From the NCBI GenBank assembly GCA_045863235.1, contig BTUM01000013.1:32001-96000 (forward strand): a stretch of 64,000 nucleotides of DNA. Reading direction: 5' to 3'. Position 1 is the first letter of the stretch, and each line of letters opens with the position of its first letter. The notes beneath the pieces were generated by a model, which made no database searches, was not told the DNA's origin, and saw only the letters and a list, made by a program, of their open reading frames with translations. The position numbers and the translations under genes were made by a program. Below are positions 38,422 to 47,959 of this stretch, in pieces. Source of the stretch: Candidatus Xenobia bacterium (GTDB lineage Bacteria; Vulcanimicrobiota; Xenobia; Xenobiales; QWHO01).

Positions 38422-40734
38422 GTGACGTCCATCCCGAGCGCGGTCTTCATTCGTCCCCAAGCAGCCCTGGCCGTCGTGCAGGGCGATCTCCGCCCCGACC
38501 CGATGAGCCAGCTGAATTCCGAGGAGATCGCCGAGCTGGCCACCAGCGCCCAGGGGCTTCAGGTCGAGAATCCCATCCCGGGCGACCAGTTGCAGCGGAT
38601 GACCGAGGCCGGCAAGCTCACCCCCGCCGATCAGGACAGCCTGGCCAACCTGGCCCGCCAGGCCCGCACCCAGCACCGCACCTTGCACCAGCGCATTCGC
38701 GAAGGCGACCGGTCGGTGGCCGGAGCCCTGGCCGATCTGCACGTGTTTCTCGACCAGTATCAGCGCTGTCAGGATACCGGAGAGTTTCGCATCTATCGCC
38801 AGGCTGTCGGCCAGATTGCCGGCGGAACTCCCGCCGATACCCCGGTTGCAGCCGCGCTCTTTCAGGGCCTGGATGAGACCACCGAGGGTATCGGGGCGGT
38901 TGCCGAGTCCTATAACGCCATGGTGGCTGGCAAACACCCTCTGCTCCTGGCTGGCAATCAGGTGGAAGTGCTGGTGCGCGGCTCCATCTGGCAGAAGAAG
39001 CTGGCCCTGCTCGAGGGAGCCATCCAGAGCGCTCGGGCCGGCCAACCTCAGGAGATCGATCTGCAGTACCACGAGCTGAGCAATCGGAGCTTCCTGGAGA
39101 AGGTGGCCCAGGCGGCCAAAGCCGGGTGCCCGGTGCGGGTCAACATGGACCCCGGGCGACTCGAGAAGGAGCCGGACAGTCGTTCCTTCGATGCCAGCGA
39201 GCTGCCGCGCAAGATGCGCAACCTGTTTCAGCTCTTGAGCACCACCGCAGGCACCGACGCTGCAATCACCCTCTTTCCGGTCTCCAAGAAGCTGGGCAAC
39301 ACCGAGAACCTGATGCACCGCAAGCTCTTTCGGGTGGGCGACAGCGTGTTGCTGGGCGGAGTGAACGCCAGCGCCTCGTCGGGCGACAACGTGGACTCGG
39401 CCATGCTCATCCAGGGTCCCGCGGCCCACAAGCTGGTCGAGATCTACCGGCGGGATCTGGCCGAGTCGGCCAGAGCCGACCTCAAGGACATTTACGGTAC
39501 TCGCCAGCTTTCCACCCTGCAGGCGGGGAACGCTGTGTTAGGGCCGGCCGGGCTGGTGGCGCTGTGGGAGAGCATCCACTTCCTGGATCAGGGCGCTTTC
39601 CCCACCCTGGCTTCCACCCCCACCGAGCAGATCGCCACTCATGGCCAGGACATGGCCCGCCTGGTGCAGCTGGAGGACCTCAACGGGGATGGGCAGTCTG
39701 ACCTGCAGGACTTGAAGGTCTTCCTGGAGCGAGGGTTGGAGCCTGGCAACTATCTGCACATCACCCCCGAAGGAGCGGATAAGTTGCTCAAGATGCTGGG
39801 CTCGGCCGTGCGGCGTACTCAGGAGGCGGGGAACGTGGAGCGGGCCGGTCGCGTCAGCGATCCGGACGGGTCGGTCAAGGGCAGCGCCAGCCTGGCCCTG
39901 GGCCACCTGCCGGCCGACCGACAGGCCATTTTGCTGCATGCCATCGCCACCGCCGATGAGTTTCTGTACTTGCCCGACTTCATGATCACCCCCGCCGTGG
40001 CCCGCGCCGTCGCCGAGCGGATGGCCGAGGTACCGGGCCTGGACGTTCGCGTGGTGGCCGATGCCGGGGTCTATCCAGACGGTCACACGCCCAACGACCT
40101 GGGCATGCGCACCCTGGAGGATGCTGGCGCTCAGACGCGGTGGAGCCTGCTGATGGCTCCCGTCAGCGGACAGGACCGCAAGCTTCACCAGAAGGCCGTG
40201 ATCACCGAGAAGATGGCCATGCTTGGCTCCACGAACTTGTCCCGCAAGGGTCTCTCGGAGAACTGGGAGCTGTCGGGCCTGCTCTCGTTTGAGGAGGGCG
40301 ACGACCCCAATCGCACCCGCCTGGTGGAGGACTTCCAGCGCACCTTCGAGGAGGAGGCCATCGACCTCAGCTCCCGCACCATTGCCACGGCCCGGCTCGA
40401 AAGCTTACAGGCACGCGACAAGCACGTTCGTATCGAGGAGGCCCGCTACGGGGTGACCCGGGACATTCTGCGCGCCATCGGGGCCTATGAGATCGCCTCC
40501 ACTCAGGTGCTGACGAAACTGGCCGAGGAGACTCCCGGAGTGCGCGAGGCCGCTGCCAGCCTCCAGGCTCAGGGGCTGCCTCGAGGTTACGCTTTACAGC
40601 AGGCCCTGCGCGACTCTCTGGGAGCGGAGCGGTTGGTGGGCGAGCTGCGCAAGACCACCGCCTATGCCGACCTGCTTCGTCTGCGTCGGGGCGAGCGCCT
40701 GGACGGCTCGTTCAGCGAGGAGTCGGCTTCTTGA
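38422..40734 (+). CDS. Phospholipase D superfamily protein
   Basis: MHRKLFRVGD..LLGGVN and LHQKAVITE...LGSTN...NWE; GGAGG SD before GTG. Confidence 0.82.
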   Translation: MTSIPSAVFIRPQAALAVVQGDLRPDPMSQLNSEEIAELATSAQGLQVENPIPGDQLQRMTEAGKLTPADQDSLANLARQARTQHRTLHQRIREGDRSVAGALADLHVFLDQYQRCQDTGEFRIYRQAVGQIAGGTPADTPVAAALFQGLDETTEGIGAVAESYNAMVAGKHPLLLAGNQVEVLVRGSIWQKKLALLEGAIQSARAGQPQEIDLQYHELSNRSFLEKVAQAAKAGCPVRVNMDPGRLEKEPDSRSFDASELPRKMRNLFQLLSTTAGTDAAITLFPVSKKLGNTENLMHRKLFRVGDSVLLGGVNASASSGDNVDSAMLIQGPAAHKLVEIYRRDLAESARADLKDIYGTRQLSTLQAGNAVLGPAGLVALWESIHFLDQGAFPTLASTPTEQIATHGQDMARLVQLEDLNGDGQSDLQDLKVFLERGLEPGNYLHITPEGADKLLKMLGSAVRRTQEAGNVERAGRVSDPDGSVKGSASLALGHLPADRQAILLHAIATADEFLYLPDFMITPAVARAVAERMAEVPGLDVRVVADAGVYPDGHTPNDLGMRTLEDAGAQTRWSLLMAPVSGQDRKLHQKAVITEKMAMLGSTNLSRKGLSENWELSGLLSFEEGDDPNRTRLVEDFQRTFEEEAIDLSSRTIATARLESLQARDKHVRIEEARYGVTRDILRAIGAYEIASTQVLTKLAEETPGVREAAASLQAQGLPRGYALQQALRDSLGAERLVGELRKTTAYADLLRLRRGERLDGSFSEESAS

Positions 40735-42919
40735 CCACCGAGATCAACTCGTAGCGGCCTTTGCGGATCTCCACCACGTAGGCGTTGCGCAGCTCGAGCT
40801 GGCGTCCGAGTGCGAAGGGGCCGGTGACCCCGTGGTAAGGTGGCTGAGAAATCAGGAACTCGTGCACCGTCTGCCGGTCGCGGCCAGCCCGGGCCAGGGC
40901 CAGGCCGGCCAATTGCAGGGCGTCGTAGCTGCCGGAGGGCACGTGGCTGGGCAGATTGAGCCCGAACGACTGCTGATACTCGGCCACGAACTGGCGCACG
41001 GCCGGGTCGGGAGCTTCGGGATGAAAGTAGCTGGCCGTCAGAAGGCCGTTGCAGGCCGAGAGGCCCGGGGCAAAGAGGGCCACCTGGCTGGCCACGGGCA
41101 GTCGCAGGTGTTTCTCAACCAGGGCCTGCTCGAACAATGCCAGCCGTGAGGCCCTGTAGTCGGAGAAAAAGACGCAGTCCACCCCGCGTTGCTCCAGGGT
41201 GGCGACCTGGGGAGCAAAGCTGGCCGGTGTGCCCACGAAGTTGAGCACGGCCACCACCTCGCCCCCTTCCTCCTGAAAGGCCTTGTGGAAGATCTCCGAG
41301 CACGAGCCCGAGAACTTGAGGCTCTCGTCCACCAGCATGCCGGCCTTGCTGAGCCCTTGCTGGCGCAGGTAGCGAGCCAGAGCCTGGATGCGGAAGGTAT
41401 TGGTGTCGGCCACCGTGACCAGATAGGGACTGGTTTGCCAGATGGCCGGGTCGGAGGCGGTGGGGGCGAGCAGGGTCATGCGGGCCTGATCGAAAGTCAG
41501 AGCCATGTTGAGCGAGCGCTGGGAAGAGAAGGCCCCGATGGCCAGCAGATACTCGGGAGTGGCGACGATCTGCTCGGCCAGCTTGAGGGCCCGGTCCCCG
41601 TCCGAGCCGTCGTCGAAGACGTCGAGCACCAGCGGGTGCTGGCTGATGCCGCCCTGGGTGTTGATCTCGCGCTGAGCCAGGGCGAAGCCGTAGAGCATGG
41701 GATAGCCTTCGACCCCATCGGCTCCGGTCAGGGAGGTGATCACGGGCACTCGGACCACCTCGCGCCCGGTCATGCGGGCGTAGAGGTTGTTCTTCAGGAT
41801 GTGGGCTTCCGCGTCGTCGGGATGCTGGGTGAGCTGCTTGTCGAGCAGGGCCACGGCCTGGTTGGGACGGCCCTGGGCCACCAGGTCGAGGGCCTGGGCA
41901 CAGGCCTGGGAGCGGGGAGTATGGCCGGGAAGGCTGGTTGGCAGTCGCAGAGCCAGGGCCCCCAGCACGAAGGTCAGGCTGGCCAGAGCCAACAGGATGA
42001 GCGGCCAGCGCGAGAGCGGTCGCTGGCGCTGGGCCGGGCGGGCGAGGCGCGGCCGGGAAGGGTCTCCCTCTTTGCGAGGGATCAAGCGGGTGATGGGTGG
42101 GGGCAGCCCCAGGTCGCCCGAGGGCAGGCGGCGCGAGAGCAGCAAGAACAGCTCGTGCACCACCCGCGCCGCCGAGCCGTAGCGCTTGTCCGGGTCGATC
42201 TCCAGGCAGCGCTGCACCAGTTGCTCGAGCTCGGGGTCGAGGTCGTCGCGATGCTTGCTCAGCTGGTTCGAGCCGTAGACCGGCGAGGGAGCCTGTCCGG
42301 TCAGCACGTAGAAGAGCGTGGCCCCCAGCGCATAAAGGTCGGAGCGGGCATCGGTCTGGCCAGCCTCGTCCCACTGCTCGGGGGGAGCGTAGCCGATCGA
42401 GCCCGAGGCGTGGGTGTCGCGGCTCTTGCCTTCCACGAAGTGGCGGGCCAGCCCAAAGTCGATCAGCTTGAGGCTGCGGTTCTCCTGGACGATGATGTTT
42501 TCTGGCTTGAGATCGCGGAAAATGACGGGAGGCTCGCGCGAATGCAGGTAGTCGAGCAAGCGGGCGATCTCCAGGCCCCAGCGAAGGGCTTGAATCTCGT
42601 CCACCCGGCCGCGCAGGCGGACCTCCTCGTGCAGGGTGCGACCCTCCACATACTCCATGACCAGGTACTCATTGCCCTCTTCGTGGAAGTAGTCCACGAT
42701 CATGGGCAGGTTTCGGTGGCGCAGGCCGGCCAGAATGCGTACCTCGCGCTCGAAGCTCTCGCGAGCCCCGTAGGGGAGGCTCTCGGGGCAGAGCATCTCC
42801 TTCACGGCCCACTGTTTCCCGGGCAGGCGCAAGTCTTCGCACAGGAAGACGGAGCCCATTCCCCCGTGTCCCAGCGTGCGCATGATCTGGTAGCGCGTCT
42901 GCAGACATTTGTTGCTCAT
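40712..42919 (-). CDS. Ser/Thr kinase with TM, TPR and LivK-like periplasmic ligand-binding domain
   Basis: LGHGGMG, AVKE, FRDLKPEN, DFG, YAPPEQ; EINTQGGI, YDA, YHGVTG. Confidence 0.88.
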   Translation of the reverse strand: MSNKCLQTRYQIMRTLGHGGMGSVFLCEDLRLPGKQWAVKEMLCPESLPYGARESFEREVRILAGLRHRNLPMIVDYFHEEGNEYLVMEYVEGRTLHEEVRLRGRVDEIQALRWGLEIARLLDYLHSREPPVIFRDLKPENIIVQENRSLKLIDFGLARHFVEGKSRDTHASGSIGYAPPEQWDEAGQTDARSDLYALGATLFYVLTGQAPSPVYGSNQLSKHRDDLDPELEQLVQRCLEIDPDKRYGSAARVVHELFLLLSRRLPSGDLGLPPPITRLIPRKEGDPSRPRLARPAQRQRPLSRWPLILLALASLTFVLGALALRLPTSLPGHTPRSQACAQALDLVAQGRPNQAVALLDKQLTQHPDDAEAHILKNNLYARMTGREVVRVPVITSLTGADGVEGYPMLYGFALAQREINTQGGISQHPLVLDVFDDGSDGDRALKLAEQIVATPEYLLAIGAFSSQRSLNMALTFDQARMTLLAPTASDPAIWQTSPYLVTVADTNTFRIQALARYLRQQGLSKAGMLVDESLKFSGSCSEIFHKAFQEEGGEVVAVLNFVGTPASFAPQVATLEQRGVDCVFFSDYRASRLALFEQALVEKHLRLPVASQVALFAPGLSACNGLLTASYFHPEAPDPAVRQFVAEYQQSFGLNLPSHVPSGSYDALQLAGLALARAGRDRQTVHEFLISQPPYHGVTGPFALGRQLELRNAYVVEIRKGRYELISVVKKPTPR

Positions 42920-42967
42920 GGGCCGAGTTAGCCCTTGGATTGCGGCGGTGAGGAATCCTTCACCCGC

Positions 42968-43504
42968 TCAGATCAGGATCAGACCCCGGCGAATGGCAGC
43001 GGTGACGGCTTCGGTGCGGCTGTTGGCGTCCAGCTTGGTAAAGATGGAGCTGAGATGGAACTTCACCGTGTGCTCGCTGATGCCCAGCCGGCCGGCCATC
43101 TCTTTGTTGGCCAGCCCATCGGCCAGCAAGCTGAGGAGCTCGCGCTCTCGAGCGGTCAACGTTTCCGAATCGGGCTCGGAGGCCGCGGCCAGGTCCGGGT
43201 GGAGCACGATCAGCCCGCGAGCCACCGCCTCCAGAGCGGCCAGGATGTCCTCCTCATCCAGGTCGGCCGGGATCCACCCTCGCACGCGGCTGAGCTCGGT
43301 GGGGCGGGGGGGCCGTCCCGCCAGCACCAGGACGGGTGAGGCGTCCAGCGAGAGGGTCTCCCCTGGCTCGAGCTCGAGCAGCACCAGCTCGGCCGAGCTT
43401 TCAACCAGCTCGAACGAGGGGCTGGCCCGAATGAGCGCAGCCAGCCCCCTTCGCACCGAGTTGGAAGTGGCTCGCACCGCCACTCGGGCGGGCGGACTCA
43501 GCAT
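42968..43504 (-). CDS. LuxR-family response regulator with degenerate receiver domain
   Basis: LTARERELL..LADGLANKEMA..LGISEHTVKFH. Confidence 0.88.
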   Translation of the reverse strand: MLSPPARVAVRATSNSVRRGLAALIRASPSFELVESSAELVLLELEPGETLSLDASPVLVLAGRPPRPTELSRVRGWIPADLDEEDILAALEAVARGLIVLHPDLAAASEPDSETLTARERELLSLLADGLANKEMAGRLGISEHTVKFHLSSIFTKLDANSRTEAVTAAIRRGLILI

Positions 43505-44418
43505 CCCGAGTCTTTGTAGACCTCGCGAAGCACCTCGACCGGTCCGGGACGAAGGCCCGCTTCCAGCGTCACCTCGCGCGGCTCTCCTCCCCGCAGGATT
43601 CCCAGCGTGACGCTGTCACCGGGGCTCACGTCGCCCAGCCGGGCCAGCAGCTCTTCCAGACCCTCGGTGGCCTGACCACCAAGCGAGGTCAGGATGTCGC
43701 CGGGGAGCAACCCGGCCCGATCGCCCGGGCCTTCGGGCTCGACGTGCAGCACCAGTGCTCCCCCGGGGGCCTGGAGTTTGTCGGGAAGTCTGACGCTGTG
43801 CATCGCCAGCCCGAGATAGGCCCGGCCGATTCTTGCTCCTTTCTGCCAGCTCTCGACGAGCTCACGAATGGTGCCGGCGTCGATGGTCACGACCCCGACC
43901 CGGGTCAGGGCGTCGGTGTTGAGGCCGAGCAAACGACCCTCGGCGTCCACCAGCGGACCGCCCGAGTAGCCCGGGTAAAGCCTGAGGTCGGGTTGCAGGT
44001 GCCGCTCCAGGCGCGAGCCGGCAAAGGTGCGCCACGGCCCCCCGTGCTCGCTAAGAATGCCGAGTGAGCTGCCCAGTCCGTCGACCGGCGAGCGGCCCAC
44101 GGCCAGCACCAGCTGGCCGACGACGGGCGGCTCAGCCAGTTGGGGAGCCGGTGCCTCCAGACCCTCCACTTTGAGCAAGGCCAGGTCTCGCCCGGGGTCG
44201 CGGGCGGCCAGGCTGGCCGGTAGCTCGCGACCGTCGGGCACAAACACCGTGAGCCCCTGATCGCGCTTGATGGTATGGGCGGCGGTGACCACCAGGTCAC
44301 CCCCCCAGAGGATGCCGCTCGAGGTCAACCGGCGGCGCGCGTTGACCGCCACGGTGAGCTCTCCGGCCTTCTGCACCAGCTCGGTCAGCTGGCGGGACAT
44401 CTCGCTGAGAATCATCAT
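43498..44418 (-). CDS. S1C (HtrA-like) serine protease with PDZ
   Basis: VTAAH, DLALL, PGYSGGPL, PGDRAGLLPGD; CATAAT 6 nt before the ATG. Confidence 0.88.
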   Translation of the reverse strand: MMILSEMSRQLTELVQKAGELTVAVNARRRLTSSGILWGGDLVVTAAHTIKRDQGLTVFVPDGRELPASLAARDPGRDLALLKVEGLEAPAPQLAEPPVVGQLVLAVGRSPVDGLGSSLGILSEHGGPWRTFAGSRLERHLQPDLRLYPGYSGGPLVDAEGRLLGLNTDALTRVGVVTIDAGTIRELVESWQKGARIGRAYLGLAMHSVRLPDKLQAPGGALVLHVEPEGPGDRAGLLPGDILTSLGGQATEGLEELLARLGDVSPGDSVTLGILRGGEPREVTLEAGLRPGPVEVLREVYKDSGC

Positions 44419-44498
44419 AGTCGTATTATGACGCATCAAGGCCCGGTTTGGCTTCATGCAAACGGGTGGCTCGGGCCCCGGACATTCGGGGAGGCAGT

Positions 44499-45497
44499 CT
44501 ACTTCTTGGGCTTCTTGCTGGCCGCTTCCAGCTCTTTGAGGCGCTTCTGGTAGCGCTTCTCCTTGGGAAAGTTCTTGACCAGGGCCTGCAGCTGCTCGCG
44601 CGACTTGTCGAATTGTCCGCTCTTGGCGTAGGCCTCGCTCAAGAGCTCGCGCACCGGACGCGTCTCGGCCGCCGACCCCTTCCGCTCTTTCCATAGCTCC
44701 AGGGCCAACTCGCCATGGTTGATGGCGCTCTGGAGGTCAGAGGCTTTCAAGGCCGCCTTGGCCTCGTTCAGGGCCCGCATCGGGTCACTGTTCTTGGCCC
44801 AGAAAAGGCCCATCTTCCAGCCGCCGAAGGCCATCCCGGCCAGCATCAGAAAGGCCACCACCCACATGGCCAGCTGCCCGACGGTCGCTTTGCTCTGTTT
44901 CTCGCGGTTGATTTTGGTGGTGTCGGACTCGGTGGCCGCCCACAGCGCTGCCTTCAAAGCCATCGACTCTTTGAGACTCTGGCACTGCCACTCTTCAGCT
45001 TCCAGCTTTTTGGCCAGCGGTTCCAACACGTGGGTGTAGAGCACCCCGGTCAGCACGTCCTCGGCCTTGGGAATTTCGGCGCCCTTGGCAAACCGGGGAA
45101 GCTCCATGCGCTGGATGAAGGCTGTAAAGACCTCCAGAGCCGGGCTCTCGGGCGGCTCGCCGTCGACTTCCAGGTCGGCAGGCCCTGAATAGGCCTTCAG
45201 ACGCACCCGCAAACGCTGGTAGCCGCTGTTGTCCTGGCTTTCCAGGGCGGACAGGGCCTCCTGCAAGATGGACTGAAGATCTTCTTCAGAAAGTCGGTTG
45301 CGCCCGAGATTGGTGATCAGCAGCCACAGGCGAAACGACTGCATTCCCAGGTAGAGCTCTGCCTCATGGCGCTCTTGCGCATCGATGCGCAGGCGTCGAT
45401 ACTCCTCGAGCACGCCCTGATAGCCATCCGGAGGAAGGCTCAACAGATCGCGCAGCGCTTTGAGCTGGCTTGGGTTTACGAGAGCTTTGCGGGCCAC
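44499..45497 (-). CDS. Hypothetical membrane protein with C-terminal TPR (start uncertain)
   Basis: One TM then helical repeats; the ORF-track extension to 46334 is antisense to PBP1A. Confidence 0.6.
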   Translation of the reverse strand: MARKALVNPSQLKALRDLLSLPPDGYQGVLEEYRRLRIDAQERHEAELYLGMQSFRLWLLITNLGRNRLSEEDLQSILQEALSALESQDNSGYQRLRVRLKAYSGPADLEVDGEPPESPALEVFTAFIQRMELPRFAKGAEIPKAEDVLTGVLYTHVLEPLAKKLEAEEWQCQSLKESMALKAALWAATESDTTKINREKQSKATVGQLAMWVVAFLMLAGMAFGGWKMGLFWAKNSDPMRALNEAKAALKASDLQSAINHGELALELWKERKGSAAETRPVRELLSEAYAKSGQFDKSREQLQALVKNFPKEKRYQKRLKELEAASKKPKK

Positions 45498-45560
45498 GGT
45501 CTGGGTCGCTTCATTCCCCTCCGGGTAGGGCTCGCCCTTCCGAGGGCGAAAATCCTCTTG

Positions 45561-47822
45561 ATGGGCGGGCGAAAAAAGGAAGCCAGGCGCCGGGTCGGCT
45601 GCTTTACACTGCTCATGCGGCTTTTTGTCATGTGCTTTCTGCTCGCCCTGGCCGGAGGCTTGATCGCGTTTGCGGTGGCCTACCGGATGGTTTCCGAGCT
45701 CTCGCAGGGCCTGCCCGACGTGCGCCGGCTGGACCATTACGAGCCTGCCGAAACGACGCGCATCTATGCCGCCGATGGCTCTCTCATCGCCACTTTGTTC
45801 CAGGAGAATCGCACCTGGGTGCCCCTCAAGAAGATCGCTCCGGGCGTGGTTCAGGCCTTGCTGGCAACCGAGGACTCTCGATTCTACGAGCACGGAGGGG
45901 TGGACTGGGTGGGTGTGGGCCGCGCCGTCTACGTCGATTTGACCCACAAAGGTCGGCGTGAGGGTGCATCCACCATCACCATGCAGCTCGCTCGCAACCT
46001 GTTCCTGTCTCCCGAGCCCAGTATGAAGCGCAAGGTCAAGGAAGCCGTGCTGGCCCAGCGGATCGAGAAGGAATACAGCAAGGACAAGATTCTCGAGCTC
46101 TATCTCAATCAGGTCTACTTCGGGGCCGGGGCTTACGGCATCGCGGCCGCGGCGAGTCTCTACCGCGAGAAGCCAGCCGACAAGCTGTCGGCGGCCGAAT
46201 CGGCCCTGCTGGTAGGGCTGCTGCAAGCGCCTTCGGCCTATTCCCCGCTCGTGGACCCGAAAGCGGCCCGTACCAGAGCCGAGGTAGTGCTGGGGCGGAT
46301 GCTGGCAGTTGGGGCGTTGACCCCTTCCGAGCACAAGAAGGCGGTGGCCGAGATTCAGGCGATGCGCTTTCCCGATCCGCAGCGCGACAAGACGACCACC
46401 CTGCTCAAGTATCCTTACTTCACCACCTACGTGATTCGCGAGCTGTCAGTGCGCTATCCCGAGGAAGTGCTCTATCGCAGCGGCTTGAAGGTTCACACCA
46501 CGCTTGATATCAAGGTCCAGCAGCAAGCCGAGCGCATCCTGCGCGAGGAAGTTCAGAATGCTGGCTACGCGCTCAACGTGGACACCGGGGCGGCCGTGCT
46601 GGTCGAGAATCAAACCGGATACATCCGGGCCATGGTAGGAGGCACGGGCTACAGCAAGACCAATCAGTTCAATCGGGCCTGGCAGGCTTTGCGCCAGCCC
46701 GGCTCGTCTTTCAAAGTCATCGTTTACGCCTGCGCTCTTGAGAACGGCTTTGTCCCCGACAGCGTGGTGGCCGATTCGCCGGTCAGCTACAACGTGGGGG
46801 GCACCACCTGGACGCCCAAGAACTCGGATGGTCAGTTCATGGGTGAGATCCCGCTCAAAACGGCCCTGCAGCACTCGCGCAACGTGGTGGCGGTCAAGCT
46901 CCTCTCCCAACTGGGCATCGACCCGGTCATCTCGCTAGCTTACAAGATGGGGATCAAGCAAGAGCTGCCTCCCCACCTGTCCATTGCGCTCGGCTCGACC
47001 GAGGTCTCCCCGCTTGAAATGGCGGAGGTGTTCTCGGTGGTTGCCAACGGCGGCATCCGCCGCCGCCCCACGGCCATCAAGCTGGTTCAGGACTCGCACG
47101 GCGAGGTCGTGGAAGACCATCGCCGCCCGGATGACATCCCGGTGCTTCGGCCCGAGACCGCCAGCTCGCTGACAGACATGTTGGTCAGCGTGGTCACGGC
47201 CGGCACGGGAACTCGGGCTCAGGTGCCGGGGCGCCCTATCGCCGGCAAGACGGGCACCACCGACAGTTTCAAGGACGCCTGGTTCTGCGGCTTCTCGCCT
47301 CAGTTCACGCTGGCCGTGTGGGTGGGCAACAACGACAACTCGCCCATGTGGCGCTCTTACGGTGGCGATCTGCCGGCTGCGATCTTCCGCCAGATCATGG
47401 GGGTGGCCCTGCAGGGGGCTCCAGTGGGGAGCTTCCCCAGGCCGACCCGGCCCAGCGCCGCAGCCCCCGCCCGGCCGGACCGCGAGGTGAGCCTGCGCCT
47501 CTGCTCGCAGACCCGGCTGATGGCCACCGAGGGTTGCCCCGAGGTAGAGGACGTCTTGATGAAGCCATCGGCTGCCCCGGCCGACATCTGTAAAGTGCAT
47601 TTGAAGGCGTCCGACGTCGCTCCACCGCCGGCCGAACTGCTTCCCCCCGAAGAGCCCGCCGGCGAGGAAGTTCCCATGGCCGAGGAGACCCCTTCTGATG
47701 AATGGGTGGATGAAGAGCCGCCCAGCGCTCCGCCCACGCCTATGGAGGTTCTCCCTCCGCCTCAGCCGGTCGCACCGCCCCCTCCGGCTCCCACGGCCGC
47801 TCCCGAGGATTCGGACTTTTAG
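45561..47822 (+). CDS. Class A penicillin-binding protein (PBP1A family)
   Basis: TEDSRFYEHGG, GASTITMQ, RKVKE, RQPGSSFK, SRN, AGKTGT; Pro-rich tail. Confidence 0.95.
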   Translation: MGGRKKEARRRVGCFTLLMRLFVMCFLLALAGGLIAFAVAYRMVSELSQGLPDVRRLDHYEPAETTRIYAADGSLIATLFQENRTWVPLKKIAPGVVQALLATEDSRFYEHGGVDWVGVGRAVYVDLTHKGRREGASTITMQLARNLFLSPEPSMKRKVKEAVLAQRIEKEYSKDKILELYLNQVYFGAGAYGIAAAASLYREKPADKLSAAESALLVGLLQAPSAYSPLVDPKAARTRAEVVLGRMLAVGALTPSEHKKAVAEIQAMRFPDPQRDKTTTLLKYPYFTTYVIRELSVRYPEEVLYRSGLKVHTTLDIKVQQQAERILREEVQNAGYALNVDTGAAVLVENQTGYIRAMVGGTGYSKTNQFNRAWQALRQPGSSFKVIVYACALENGFVPDSVVADSPVSYNVGGTTWTPKNSDGQFMGEIPLKTALQHSRNVVAVKLLSQLGIDPVISLAYKMGIKQELPPHLSIALGSTEVSPLEMAEVFSVVANGGIRRRPTAIKLVQDSHGEVVEDHRRPDDIPVLRPETASSLTDMLVSVVTAGTGTRAQVPGRPIAGKTGTTDSFKDAWFCGFSPQFTLAVWVGNNDNSPMWRSYGGDLPAAIFRQIMGVALQGAPVGSFPRPTRPSAAAPARPDREVSLRLCSQTRLMATEGCPEVEDVLMKPSAAPADICKVHLKASDVAPPPAELLPPEEPAGEEVPMAEETPSDEWVDEEPPSAPPTPMEVLPPPQPVAPPPPAPTAAPEDSDF

Positions 47823-47959
47823 AGCGATCAGCGCGCTGGGTCGGGCCCCTCATCCTTGGAGCCGCTCGGAACAGTTCTTCGCGGCAAGTCACGGGCCCGG
47901 CTCCAGGCTCTGGGGCAGGCAGGCCTTCAGCCGACCTTCAGGGAACTTTCCCGCCCGTC

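Noticed and set aside
41189..42931. 580-aa plus-strand ORF (similarly 48956-50701 minus and many shorter ones)
   Set aside because: Shadow ORFs opposite well-supported genes
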